Source: Nitrospirales bacterium
GTDB lineage: Bacteria > Nitrospirota > Nitrospiria > Nitrospirales > UBA8639
Direction: 5' to 3'
Length of the DNA: 64,000 nucleotides
Assembly: GCA_965203295.1 (NCBI GenBank)
Contig: CBDBCZ010000019.1
Coordinates: 1,184,001-1,248,000, forward strand
Shown here one piece after another: positions 19,777-30,732 of this stretch. The translations under genes and the position numbers were made by a program. The notes under the pieces were generated by a model. That model saw nothing but the letters and a program-made list of their open reading frames with translations. It ran no database searches and was not told the origin of the DNA. The first letter of the stretch is position 1. Every line of letters begins with the position of its first letter.

Positions 19777-21997
19777 ATGAACATTTTTCGTCCACCACAA
19801 CACTGGTCACTTCGACGTACGCTTCTCTTTTGGTGGGGTTTGTTTTTGTGTCTCCAGCAAGCCCAGCGGTTGTTCTTGTTTTCTGATGCTTTGGCTCATG
19901 AGGTGCCATCCGGCTTGAGTATGGCCGAAACATTGTTGATGGGGTTTCGGGGTGATCTGATTACTGCCTCATTGGTGGTGGGATTATCAGTCATCGTAGG
20001 AGCTCTCCTATGGGGACTTGTGATTGGAATCTGCTGGGTTGGTCGTCGTGTGCCAAGCGGAGAGGTATTTACGCTTGGTTTATGGAGATGGTTTGTCTGC
20101 GTCGGGATCTTTCTCCTCGCCTTTCTGTTAATTGATATGGGCTACTATGGATATAATCATCAACATTTGGATTTTGTGTTCTTTGAGTACGTCGATGATT
20201 TGTTGACTCCCAGTCCTTACCCTGTCAATCAAGCCTTCCAACAAACCGATGCGGAACTTCAACATATCGGACAGTGGGCCGTGAGGGTTGCCTTGTTCTT
20301 GATGGCTGAGGGGATTCTCGTCGTAGGGTGGGTGTTTGTCTTTCGAAGGGGATTCGAGCCTTACCTCAACAGATGGCATTTGGGGGGGCTTATCTTAAGA
20401 GTGCACTTTTAGCGATCGCGTTATTAGTCGGTGTGACCGGTTTCCATCCTTATAGTATGTGGGCCATCAGACAAGCTTCTATTCCTTCGTCCGTGTACTA
20501 CACGTTGGCGCAAAACCCAGTTTGGTATGCGAGTGAGGTTCTCTTAGCTCCGCGTCTCTTTGGTCTCCATGTCAATGTGCAGGGATGATGGGCCATCTTG
20601 ATCTAGAAGAAGCTGTTCGGAAAACGCAAAAATTGGTTGGGGAACATGACACGTATTCTTTTCCTCAATTTCCACTCGTACGAGCAGATCAGGCTAGCCG
20701 TTCCCCGTATTTTGGTAGACCAACGAATATTCTCCTCATCTTTGTGGAAGGCTTTGACCGTCGATATTTAGGTCGAATTGTCGATACCAAGGATAAGGAG
20801 CAGTGGTCCGAATATGTTGTCCCCGGAGAACCTCGCTCTTGGGATCTTAGTCAGGATGAGCTGATGGGGTCATCGAAAGTCTTGCTCACCACGTTTCTAG
20901 ATCGCATGAAGCATGAAAGTATTTATATTAAACATTTCTTCTCTAATGGGCGCTCCACCATGTGTGGTCTGTTTGCCACGCTCTGCTCTTACTTTCCTCG
21001 GGCAGGATGGGATGTTATCCGAACGCGGTATGGGCAGGATTTCCTCTGTCTTCCCTCGGTCCTCAAGATGGCAGGTTATAGAACAGAAATGGTGATCGCC
21101 CAAAGCCGTGGGAGCAACCGTGGACAAATTGGGCCGTTTATGGCTCGACATGGTTTTGAACAATTGTACGATGCGAATGACTTTCCTCGTGACGCTGAAC
21201 AGCTCGGTATTGGGTTCACTGATCGGGCCCTGTTTCAATTCATGCAAGAACGGTTGTTTGCCCTTCAAAAAGAAGGACAACCTTTTTTCTTAACAACGCT
21301 AACCGTGGGTACGCATCATCCTTATAACGTGCCGCTAGATCATCCCGAAGTCCAAATCCTGAGTGAGTATCCAGATGGTTTTGTTGTTGCGCTTCGCTCA
21401 TTGGATTTGGAACTCGAGCGATTTATGGATCGTCTTGGAAAACAAGGGCTTTTGAACAATACTCTTGTTTTCCTTATGGGTGACCACGGTCGTCACGAAT
21501 GGAGGCCCGGTGGAGGAGGATTCAAAGTTGTAGACTGGGTTGGTCATCATATGACTCCTTTGTTTATTTGGGCTGATCCATCATTGAGGACTGAAAAAAA
21601 TTATTATCCTCGTGTGGTGGATGGAGTGGCGAGCCATGTTGATGTGATGCCGACAATCCTTGGCCTGAATGGATTAAGGCCGAAATTGTCTCCATTTCTC
21701 GGCCGAGATCTCAGCTGTCTGATGGTCAGAGATTGTGTGCTGGATAATATGGCGTTAATTGGTGATACGGCCCATCTTGGGCTGGCTGGTCGTTCAGGGT
21801 TTATGGGATATGCCATGGACCAACATGTGATGTTTTGGACCGATATTGAATTTTCTCGTCCATTGGCACCTCAGAGCGTGGATGATTTTCATGATCCCGA
21901 ATGGTATCACACGATGTTGTCTCTCTTTGTGAGTTCACAGACATTATTAGAACAGAATCGCGTTTGGTCCTGGAAAAAATTTGGTGATAAATTGTGA
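19777..21997 (+). pseudogene. LtaS/sulfatase-superfamily transferase (copy 2), split into three ORFs by two -1 frame changes
   Basis: ORFs 19777-20412, 20328-20588 and 20585-21997 align consecutively with copy 1 (IDMGYYGY, SSVYYTLAQNP, FVEGFDRRYLGR, GTHHPY, GDHGRH). Breaks are at G7 (20382-20388) and near GGG at about 20582. Confidence 0.8.
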
Positions 21998-22758
21998 AAG
22001 GAGTAAGATCAAAAATTTCAGTGGTAGTCATTGCGTACAATGATGAGCCGAATATCAAGGCCTGTCTGGAAAGCGTCACGTGGGCGGATGAACTGATCGT
22101 CGTGGATTCATTTAGCACGGATGGAACAACCGAAATCAGTCATCAATTCACCGACAAGGTGTACCAACATGAATTTCAGGGGTTTGGCAAGCTTCGAAAC
22201 GATGCGATGGCACATGCATCACATGATTGGATCTTTAGCCTGGATACGGATGAACGAGCGACGGATGAGGTACGCCTAGAAATTAATCGAATCCTCACAG
22301 CGGGACCGACTGCAGAGGCATATCTCATTCCCAGACGGAATGTTTTCCTTGGTCGATGGATCAAGCATTGTGGATGGTATCCCGATTATCGTCAGCCCCA
22401 ATTTTTCCACTCTCGGCACATGCGCTATCGAGAGGATCTCGTCCATGAAAGTTTTGAGCTTGATGGACGGTTAGGGCACTTCTCATCGTACGTAGAGCAA
22501 TATCCCTTTCGCAACGTTGACCAGCATTTGATGAAAATGGATCGATACTCGAGTCTGATGGCCCAGGAGATGAATAAGCGAGGGCGTCGGTTTCATGTTC
22601 ATCAACTGGTGTCCCATCCTGCTTTTACGTTCATAAAAATGTATCTCTTGCGGGGTGGGTTTCTTGATGGAAAGCCGGGGCTCATTTTATCGGGGCTCTA
22701 TGCCTATTATACCTTTGTCAAGTACGCCAAATTGTGGGAGGCAACCAGAAACCCTTAA
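21994..22758 (+). CDS. Glycosyltransferase family 2 (KdtX/LgtF-like beta-1,4-glucosyltransferase)
   Basis: VVDSFSTDGT, SLDTDER, GWYPDY, VHE, GFLDGKPG, YTFVKYAKLWE. Confidence 0.88.
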   Translation: MKGVRSKISVVVIAYNDEPNIKACLESVTWADELIVVDSFSTDGTTEISHQFTDKVYQHEFQGFGKLRNDAMAHASHDWIFSLDTDERATDEVRLEINRILTAGPTAEAYLIPRRNVFLGRWIKHCGWYPDYRQPQFFHSRHMRYREDLVHESFELDGRLGHFSSYVEQYPFRNVDQHLMKMDRYSSLMAQEMNKRGRRFHVHQLVSHPAFTFIKMYLLRGGFLDGKPGLILSGLYAYYTFVKYAKLWEATRNP

Positions 22759-22819
22759 TCGGCCCTCGGGTAGATTCGCTCCCGAACGTCATATCCAGTT
22801 TCTGTGGATACACAGATTA

Positions 22820-23938
22820 TTGAGACCTCTACGAATTCTTCATACCGAACCTTCCTTAGACCTTGGTGGTCAAGAGTTTCGAGTGCTTCGAGAAGCCATT
22901 GGAATGAAACATCGAGGACACGATGTCATTCTAGGTGTTCAACAAGGCAGTCAGTTGGCGGCTTGTGCGATGAAAGAAGAACTCTGTTTCGAATTCATCA
23001 AGGTAGCTAAAACACGGTTGATTCCATTGGCCTTCGACTTGGCCAAACTGATTTCTCGTTATCACTTTGATGTAGTGAATACTCATGGGTCCATCGATAG
23101 TTGGACGGCCTCAGTAGCAGCTCGATTGTCAAAGACTAAGCCGTTGATCGTGAGAACCCGTCACAAATCTGTCCCAGTTTCTCCCACCCTCAGACATCGG
23201 CTCCTTTACAACATTCTGCCTCATCTGATTGTGACGACGGGAGAAGCTGTCAGGAAACAATTGATTCAGGATAATGGGATTGATGCCTCAAAAATTGTGT
23301 CGATTCCTACGGGTGTGGATGTCGACCTCTATAAGCCTTCCGAACCCGACTGGCAGTGCAAGAATAGCTTGGGGTTCTCTCGCGAGGATATCGTGATTGG
23401 GACAGTAGCCTTTTTGCGGGACTATAAAGGTATTGGTGATCTGTTGCAGACGGCACCGTCTCTCTTGAAACACAGTCCTTATTATAAATTTCTCATTGTT
23501 GGAGATGGGCCTGAGCGAAGTTCGCTTGTGAGTGCTGTGTCACGTTTGGGTTTGGAGTCGCACGTCGTGTTCACTGGTTTTCGAGATGATGTCCCTCGTT
23601 TGTTGGCGCTCATGGATGTGGTGGTCTTACCGTCGATTGGGGCTGAGGGTGTTCCCCAGGTGCTGACTCAAGCCCTTGCCATGGGAAAGCCTGTTGTCGC
23701 GACAAGCGTGGGAGGCATTCCCGAAATCATTCATGATGGAGAAACAGGTCTATTAGTTCCACCCAACGATCCACAACGATTAGGCGAAGCCATTGGAAAT
23801 CTCGCACAGGATTCTATCCTCAGAAAAACATTGGGAGAACGAGGGAGGGAGGATGTCGTGACTCACTATAGCTTGGAAACGATGCTTGATCGAACCGAAG
23901 AAATGTATGAGCGGTTTACAAGCACCTCGTCACGTTAA
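22820..23938 (+). CDS. Glycosyltransferase family 4
   Basis: RILHTEPSLDLGGQE, KG motif, EGVPQVLTQALAMGKPVV. TTG 22820 chosen as start within track ORF 22655..23938. Confidence 0.88.
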   Translation: MRPLRILHTEPSLDLGGQEFRVLREAIGMKHRGHDVILGVQQGSQLAACAMKEELCFEFIKVAKTRLIPLAFDLAKLISRYHFDVVNTHGSIDSWTASVAARLSKTKPLIVRTRHKSVPVSPTLRHRLLYNILPHLIVTTGEAVRKQLIQDNGIDASKIVSIPTGVDVDLYKPSEPDWQCKNSLGFSREDIVIGTVAFLRDYKGIGDLLQTAPSLLKHSPYYKFLIVGDGPERSSLVSAVSRLGLESHVVFTGFRDDVPRLLALMDVVVLPSIGAEGVPQVLTQALAMGKPVVATSVGGIPEIIHDGETGLLVPPNDPQRLGEAIGNLAQDSILRKTLGERGREDVVTHYSLETMLDRTEEMYERFTSTSSR

Positions 23939-24043
23939 AGGAGAACCCTTCCGTCACTCGAGAAATGCTTTTGTCGGTTCATCGAATATTATCAGACTGA
24001 CATTGTCTGGTGCGGTGACTCTACTGGGAGATTCGCAATCATC

Positions 24044-24889
24044 ATGAAGGTCAGTGGATTCACATTTTGCAGGAATGCCATTCAGTATGATTATCCGATC
24101 GTCGAATCAATCCGTTCGATTCTTCCCATCGTTGATGAATTCATCGTCAATGTTGGTCGATGTTCTGATGGCACCTTGGAACTGGTCCAATCCATTAATG
24201 ACAAAAAAATTCGTATCATTGAATCAGAGTGGGATGAATCCTTACGCAAAGATGGGTTGATTTATTCTCAACAGACCAATATCGCTCTTTCCCATTGTCA
24301 AGGAGACTGGGCATTCTATCTTCAAGCCGACGAAGTGATTCATGAAGATGATCTGCCTGGGCTCCATCATGCGATGCAGACGTATTTGCCAAATATGGAT
24401 GTGAAGGGGTTGGTGTTTCGATATTTGCACTTTGTGGGAGATTATTGGTCAACCAATCCTTGGTATTACCATCGAGCCGTACGCATCATTCGAAACAATG
24501 GAGAAGTTGAATCTTGTGGTGATGCTGTCGGGTTTCGGGTGAAGACGTCAGGTCAATATTTTCAAAACGGCCCCCAAGAGTGGGTGAAGCCTTCACAGGG
24601 ACGTGTGTTTCATTACGGGTGGGTCAAAGATTCCCATGTGATGCTCGAAAAAAAGCAGGAACAAACCCGAGTGTACCATGGGGATACCCCTCCACCTGCT
24701 GAAGCCAAATGGTACACGCTACCCGAGTACGACTTTGAAGACTACGACATTTTAAAGGACTTTCGTGGTGAACATCCCCAGGTTATGCGTTCCCGAATCT
24801 CTCGGACCACACGTCTTAGGCCAAGAGTGAACAGATGGCTCAATCCTCGGTTTTACCGGACAATCTTTCAAAAGGGTTTTCGGGGATAA
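24044..24889 (+). CDS. Glycosyltransferase family 2
   Basis: SGFTFCRNAIQYDYPIVESIRS, SDGTLE, YLQADEV, HYGWVK. Confidence 0.85.
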   Translation: MKVSGFTFCRNAIQYDYPIVESIRSILPIVDEFIVNVGRCSDGTLELVQSINDKKIRIIESEWDESLRKDGLIYSQQTNIALSHCQGDWAFYLQADEVIHEDDLPGLHHAMQTYLPNMDVKGLVFRYLHFVGDYWSTNPWYYHRAVRIIRNNGEVESCGDAVGFRVKTSGQYFQNGPQEWVKPSQGRVFHYGWVKDSHVMLEKKQEQTRVYHGDTPPPAEAKWYTLPEYDFEDYDILKDFRGEHPQVMRSRISRTTRLRPRVNRWLNPRFYRTIFQKGFRG

Positions 24890-24907
24890 GAAACGTATTG
24901 ACACGAT

Positions 24908-26590
24908 GTGATGGCGAATGTGATCTCTCCCCTGTCTCATGTCAGACTCAATGTTGCCCACGTGCATCCCGACTTCAGGGGAAAGCTCTATTTCATTCTT
25001 GGGCCTGGGTTGGGAGACACGGTCAATGGTTTTCGAATTCTTCACGAAGTTCATGCCCTCTACCCCCACGCGCATCTCGTGGTCTATGCGGACCCTCGAT
25101 GGAACAACCTTTATCAGCTTCTCCCTGAACTTCAACACATTCGGATTCGGTATCTGGGGGAGGCTCCTTCTGGTGAGTTGCAAGGGAAGGTGAAGCAGAC
25201 ACCCTATCACCATGTCTTTCGTTCGATCACTCAAGATATTCAAAGTGAGTTGGATCAGTCCACAAGCTTTGTCGCACTTGGGGACTTTAAATGTTTGGAC
25301 CAATTGGCAAAAAAAGAAACAGGTATTGTCATGAGAGCGCGGGCAATTGGGCTGAACCTGCCACCCGATCGGGAACGTCCCTTTTTGCCTATTGGTGCAA
25401 AACAGGTGGAGTCGGCCTCTGAATTTCTCAAAAGCTGCGGCCTGACTGCTGGGGAATATATTGCCGTCGCTCCTCATACGTTTTCAGATAAGATGTGGGA
25501 CCACAAAGCTTGGGAAGAGTTAATAGACGAAATATGGACAAAGATGCATTTGCCTGTGCTCATCATCGGAGTATCAGGGTACCCCTTCTTGAAAGGTTCC
25601 AGGGTTCGAGAGGCTATGAGGCTGCCTCTGTCGGTGGTCGCAGGGCTGCTTTATCACGCTAAGGGGTTTGTGGGATTGGATTCAGGAATCACTCATTTGG
25701 CGGCCTGTTTTGATGTGCCCATTGTGACGTTGAATCCACAGGGGAAATTTCCACCGTTTCTTGTGGAAGCTCATTCTCCATTTCGATGGACACATCTGAC
25801 CCCACGTGTGTATGGGCAATGCCCGATCACAGCTGATTCAGTGATTGAATTGGTTGAGCATGCGCTTCAACACCAGTATCCACAAAGTTGCCCTGTTTGT
25901 CAGGGTTTCCCTTTTGTCTTAAAAGCGTATAAAGGTCGGATTGTCTATCTCTGTCGTTGTGGACTTATTTTTTTCGATTATGAAAAGCCGAGTGAAGATG
26001 CCCCTGTTGTTTTTGACCCAACGAAATCCTTTATGGTCCCGCAGACCATTCATGGTATCTATGGACTCAAGACGTTTTTGATGAAAAGAAAAGAAAAGAC
26101 TGAGTCTCGTGTTGGTGAGGGTTTGTCAATTCGTTTCGTCCATTGGGATGCTCAAGCCTTTGACCCTGATACTCTGCTCCATATGGCCAGTCACTACGAC
26201 CTATGGTGGACTTGGGATGCCATGGTGGGTTTCCTTGAGCAATGCGGCTGGACAATTAGTCGAAATGAAATAGAATCTCACAAGCCGCCAGAGGGCGGAA
26301 TGTGTTCAATCACGGTTTGGATCATGCCACGTGCGGGGAGATCCCCTAAAGCCGTTTGGAAAGTTCCATGGAGCGATCAAATCCTAGACATGAAGGCAAC
26401 GCTGTATGAAGATTGGCTGAGATGGGGGACGTTTGGCAAAAAAGAAGAGTTAGAAGATTTAGGATGGGCTATAGCGAATGAACAAAATCCTAAAGAAGGA
26501 CGGGATATGCTGAGATTAGCCCTGCGGCTTGGGCCCCGAGGGAGAACCCTAAGAAGGTGGTGCCGAGCAGAGTGGAAAGCTCTTTGGTAG
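24908..26590 (+). CDS. GT9-family glycosyltransferase fused to a Cys4 zinc-ribbon-like motif and an unknown C-terminal domain
   Basis: GLGDTVNG, KMW, VGLDSGITHLAACFDVPIVTL (GT9), then CPVC...CRCG and about 210 further aa. Confidence 0.7.
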   Translation: MMANVISPLSHVRLNVAHVHPDFRGKLYFILGPGLGDTVNGFRILHEVHALYPHAHLVVYADPRWNNLYQLLPELQHIRIRYLGEAPSGELQGKVKQTPYHHVFRSITQDIQSELDQSTSFVALGDFKCLDQLAKKETGIVMRARAIGLNLPPDRERPFLPIGAKQVESASEFLKSCGLTAGEYIAVAPHTFSDKMWDHKAWEELIDEIWTKMHLPVLIIGVSGYPFLKGSRVREAMRLPLSVVAGLLYHAKGFVGLDSGITHLAACFDVPIVTLNPQGKFPPFLVEAHSPFRWTHLTPRVYGQCPITADSVIELVEHALQHQYPQSCPVCQGFPFVLKAYKGRIVYLCRCGLIFFDYEKPSEDAPVVFDPTKSFMVPQTIHGIYGLKTFLMKRKEKTESRVGEGLSIRFVHWDAQAFDPDTLLHMASHYDLWWTWDAMVGFLEQCGWTISRNEIESHKPPEGGMCSITVWIMPRAGRSPKAVWKVPWSDQILDMKATLYEDWLRWGTFGKKEELEDLGWAIANEQNPKEGRDMLRLALRLGPRGRTLRRWCRAEWKALW

Positions 26591-26715
26591 AGTTGAGGTG
26601 CCTCATGAGAGAAGCGTACTTGTATGGAATTGCCCCAGAGTTTGTGTTGGCATAGGACATATGGTTTGGGTTACAGAAGGCTGTATGACCCACTAGAGCA
26701 GAGGGAAGAAAAGCA

Positions 26716-27483
26716 GTGGAACGACAATCGATAACGTGTGCCATTGTTGTGTTTAATGAGGAGCGAAATATCGGTGAATGTTTGGACACAGCACGATGGA
26801 TGGATGAGATTGTTGTCGTTGATGCTTTTAGTCAGGATAACACGAAGGAAATTTGTGAACGATACACCAACCGGATTTTTCAACGGCCGTGGAAAGGGTT
26901 TGGGGATCAGAAAAATTTTTCTATCAATCAAGCGACATGCGATTGGGTCTTTATTTTGGATGCCGATGAACGAATCACCCCTGAACTTCTGGAGGAAATT
27001 GAGGCGGTGTTGGGATCAAAAGGCGAGCAAGGTCCTGTTGCATTTTCTGTTCCCAGGAAAAACCTCTACTATGGTAAGTGGGTCAAGAATGCAGGATGTT
27101 ATCCCGACTATCAATTACGCCTTTTTCGAAGAGGCGTTGGGCAGCTGAATGATGAAGAGCCTCACAATAAATTTGTGTTTGAAGGTAAGGGGGGGCGGTT
27201 GGAGGCATCCTTGGAGCATTATACCGAAAGAACGATTAACGATCATTTTCGAAAATTTCGGAACTTTACGACACTTGCTGCTATGGAACGCGGAAAGCGC
27301 AAACGAGTTGTGTATTGGGCAGATCTGGTTGCGCGACCTCTCTTTACGTTTTATAAATATTTTGTGGTTCGGAAAGGATTTCGAGACGGCATGCATGGGT
27401 TTCTCATTAGCGGATTCGCCAGTATGTATACGTTCGTCAAATACGCAAAGTTGTGGGAAACTCTGAACGTCGAAAAACGGTAA
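26716..27483 (+). CDS. Glycosyltransferase family 2 (KdtX/LgtF-like)
   Basis: FNEERNI, VVDAFSQDNT, ILDADER, YPDYQLRLF, YTFVKYAKLWE. Confidence 0.88.
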   Translation: MERQSITCAIVVFNEERNIGECLDTARWMDEIVVVDAFSQDNTKEICERYTNRIFQRPWKGFGDQKNFSINQATCDWVFILDADERITPELLEEIEAVLGSKGEQGPVAFSVPRKNLYYGKWVKNAGCYPDYQLRLFRRGVGQLNDEEPHNKFVFEGKGGRLEASLEHYTERTINDHFRKFRNFTTLAAMERGKRKRVVYWADLVARPLFTFYKYFVVRKGFRDGMHGFLISGFASMYTFVKYAKLWETLNVEKR

Positions 27484-27584
27484 TTCAGGCTCGTGAAAGA
27501 GAATATGCGATTTGTCCCACCATTCTGAAACAATCTCGCAAGACAATCTGAAGAAGTTTTCCTGGCGAAGAAAGGAATTCCATA

Positions 27585-28706
27585 GTGGTCAAGGTCCTCT
27601 ACGTACATGGGATCAAGGAAATTGGAGGGGCTGAAACAGATCTTTTGTCTGTGATACGAGGACTTGACCGAGAGAGGTTTCAGCCTTTTGTGGTCTGTCC
27701 GTCGAATAGTTCTTTCATTAAGGAAGTCGAAGCGCTTCATATACCAGTCCACGGAATGCACGTACCGGCATGGCGAAAGGTAAAGGGTATTTTTTGGATT
27801 CCAATGGCTGTTCTGGGGCTTGTTCGACAGATTCGACATTGGAATGTTGATGTGGTTCATGTGAATGATTACTGGTGGGCGCCGCTGAGCTGGTTGGCTT
27901 CTAGATGGTGTCAAATGCCCTGTGTGGTGCATATTCGACAGCAAATTGAACCGAAGAGGGTCAAGCAGTATTGGTTGACGAAGCCGAATCAATTAATGCC
28001 TGTTTCAGAAGAAATCAGGAATGTGGCGATTGAGGGAGGAGTCAAACCCGATCGTGTTCAAACTGTGTATAGCGGAATTGATTTTTCGTACCAGTTTGAC
28101 TTCATCAGTGGAGAATCGATACGGCAACAATACTGTCTCGGTCAGAATCAACCAGTTATTGGAGCTGTGGCGAATTTGTTCCCGAGAAAAGGGTATGAGT
28201 TTTTGCTTGAAGCTGTGGAGAAAGTTCGAAAGGTTGTCCCTGACATTTTTTGTTTCATTGTTGGAGAAGGGGATCATGCTTATACCAAAAAACTTGAAAG
28301 TATGGTTAAGGCCAAGGGTCTTGAATCCAGTATCGTATTCGCTGGCTTTCAGAAAAATGTTTTGAACTATATCGCGGCCTTCAACGTGTTTGTGTTGCCG
28401 TCATTGATGGAAGGCCTTGGAATTGTCTTGTTGGAGGCCATGGCGATGCGGAAGCCAATTATTGCGAGTCGGGTAGGTGGAACTCCGGAGGTCGTCGAAA
28501 ACGGCGTAACAGGGATCTTGGTTCCTCCTGGAGATTCAGGCCTTCTGGCTGATGAAATTTTTAAGCTGATTCAGGATCCCCAAACCCAAGTCATGATGGG
28601 TGATGCAGGAAAAAAACGATTACAATCTCATTTTGATCTCAAACACACTATTCACAATATTCAAACCATCTATACTCGTTTAGTTTCTTCCTCATTAACT
28701 TCTTGA
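27585..28706 (+). CDS. Glycosyltransferase family 4
   Basis: IGGAETDL, PRKGY, EGLGIVLLEAMAMRKP, GGTPEVVENG. Confidence 0.9.
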   Translation: MVKVLYVHGIKEIGGAETDLLSVIRGLDRERFQPFVVCPSNSSFIKEVEALHIPVHGMHVPAWRKVKGIFWIPMAVLGLVRQIRHWNVDVVHVNDYWWAPLSWLASRWCQMPCVVHIRQQIEPKRVKQYWLTKPNQLMPVSEEIRNVAIEGGVKPDRVQTVYSGIDFSYQFDFISGESIRQQYCLGQNQPVIGAVANLFPRKGYEFLLEAVEKVRKVVPDIFCFIVGEGDHAYTKKLESMVKAKGLESSIVFAGFQKNVLNYIAAFNVFVLPSLMEGLGIVLLEAMAMRKPIIASRVGGTPEVVENGVTGILVPPGDSGLLADEIFKLIQDPQTQVMMGDAGKKRLQSHFDLKHTIHNIQTIYTRLVSSSLTS

Positions 28707-28740
28707 GTCGTCCCTTGTTCCATCACGACTAAATGACTTG

Positions 28741-28793
28741 TCCTGTCAGCACCCTACGGAAAACGGATAAGGGGTGAAAACATCGGTAAGTCA
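28741..28793. repeat. 53-bp imperfect direct repeat, copy 1
   Basis: TCCTGTCAGCACCCTACGGAAAACGGATAAGGGGTGAAAACATCGGTAAGTCA matches 32095-32147 at 45/53 positions ungapped (counted by hand). Confidence 0.85.
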
Positions 28794-28986
28794 ATTGCTC
28801 GCGCAATGTCAAAGTCTCTTTGTCGTGCACTACAGGTCAGCTCTTTCGAAGATCTCTGTTTGTCTAAATGTTTTGGAGGAAGTGAACATTATGGAATAAT
28901 TCATTGAGGAAGGAATCATATTGGATTGTTTTTGGGGCCTGTATGTCAACAGGGACTTACGATTTGACTGAGCAATGGATCGTTTT

Positions 28987-30407
28987 CTAAGAAATACGGG
29001 GTAACAATTCAAGACAATATAGAATACGTCCAGAGTCTTCTAGTTGAAGCCTTTCGATCAGACGGTAATGGGTGAATGCCTCCTCTTCAAACATGTTCTG
29101 TTGATACCAATCGAATACATCATCACGATTGCCCAAAAGCTGTTGTACCATGGGGTCTGACTTTGGAATGAATTCTATAATGACAAATTGTGGGCCTAAT
29201 CTCCTGATTAATTGAAAAAGATGCCGTAACGGAATATTTCGACTAATGCAAAGATGGTGAATAAGAGCAAGAAGTAGGACACAGTTGGGACTACCACGGT
29301 CAAAAAAAGACATGCGTTCCTTAAGTTTCCAACCTAATCCGGGTGATGGGTTAGCTAAATCCATAACTAAGGGGAGGATGTTTCGAATGTCTTCTTTCCG
29401 ACATTGCAGATATAACTGGTTAACGGATTCTGGGTCTGAATCCATCGCCACAACATGGGTAGCATGATTGGCTGCTAACAAACTTATTTCACCGGTATTA
29501 CAGCCTAAATCCCAAAGAGCACATGGTTTGATTTATTTTAAATGCTTTTCAATAAAGCCCCGTTTTTGTTGAAAAGCCTTTGGTTGATAAGAATGTTTTT
29601 CTTGGTAAGAGGACCAATGGGAATTTGATTTTTTTGCCGAGAGCTTTCCAATGGTTTTCTCCATACTATCAATGAGTGAAAGAATGTGCTGCATCGAAAA
29701 ATTCAATGTTTTTAAAGAGCCATCAAGGGAGGGGGTCTGTTTTTTAAACGATTTCTGGAAAACGGACTGAAGAATCACATATTGAATGAGTCTCAATTTA
29801 GACCAAGACCGAATACCGAGAAATTTCTTTGCAGTTTCAATTGGAATCCCATCCAGATAACTTTTGAGTAATTCTTGGAATTCCATTCTTCGGTAAGTTG
29901 TAACTAAAAGGGGAAATAAGAAACTTTGGCAAAATTGCGAGTAACCTATCCAAGGCGTTCCCTGTTGATAGAGGGCAATGGAAAGCACATCTATAAAATA
30001 GGCTTCCCTCGAAAAAACTGAACGTTAAAAGAGGTAGAGTCTTTTAAAATAAAGTTACTTTTTGCTAAACGAGAAAAAAGTTTGAGATGGAGTAAGGCAG
30101 CGTCCTTTAACATGTCAAAGGACCATTCGTAAGCATAGCTTATGAATGGAATGAGTTCCTGTTCCAATACTCCCACAATTCCTTCTGGAAGTATTCCAAT
30201 TTCAGGATGTGCGGAGGTGTCAATTTCCCATGATCCGATAACCAACTCCTGTTGTTCCAATTCAGTGTCAACGAAACATTTTCGCATGGCTCGATAGGAA
30301 TCAAGCCCCGACTGCCTTAATGCACGAAAAATTTGAGATCCGACTTTAAACACATAGCCATCAAGATCTCGAAAAGAACCAGAATTTATTGATTGGCTAA
30401 GACTCAA
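28987..30407 (-). pseudogene. NoeA-like class I SAM-dependent methyltransferase, disrupted
   Basis: SFRDLDGYVF, ISYAYEWSFDMLKDAALLHL, WDLGCNTG (SAM motif I), LALIHHLCISRNIPL, IEFIPKSDPMV. Frameshift at about 29995 and in-frame TAA at 29533-29535. Confidence 0.8.
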
Positions 30408-30610
30408 TGAACTTCCTCATTTTTTGGCCATTTCTTAAATAGACCGATGAGTTTTTTCCAATACAACTTTGAAATGACTCCCACGCCAGCAAGCCCTATC
30501 AAGAGTATTTGGACGATGATTCCACCGGCGGTGGGATCTATATAGGCAAACGCATCATGGGGCATTCCCAAAGTGAAAACAGCAATAAGGAGAATAGTTA
30601 TCTTGTCCAT
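30404..30610 (-). CDS. Small signal-peptide/TM protein with AYIDPxxG motif
   Basis: RBS AAAGGAG before ATG 30610. MDKITILLIAVFTLGMPHDAFA-YIDPTAGGIIVQILLIGLAG...YWKKL. Stop overlaps the methyltransferase start. Confidence 0.75.
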   Translation of the reverse strand: MDKITILLIAVFTLGMPHDAFAYIDPTAGGIIVQILLIGLAGVGVISKLYWKKLIGLFKKWPKNEEVH

Positions 30611-30732
30611 TAATTCCACTCCTTTAGTTGGTTGAATGTCAAAATTCACCTAAATTTTGAGATAGCGATAGAATAGCTTTCAAAATGAAAAAATTTTAGT
30701 TGAAATGTCGTGGTGGCCTTTGGTTATGAGTT

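Noticed and set aside
24752..25477. 241-aa antisense ORF
   Set aside because: Overlaps two well-supported plus-strand glycosyltransferases.
27351..27992. 213-aa antisense ORF
   Set aside because: Shadow of the GT2 and GT4 genes.
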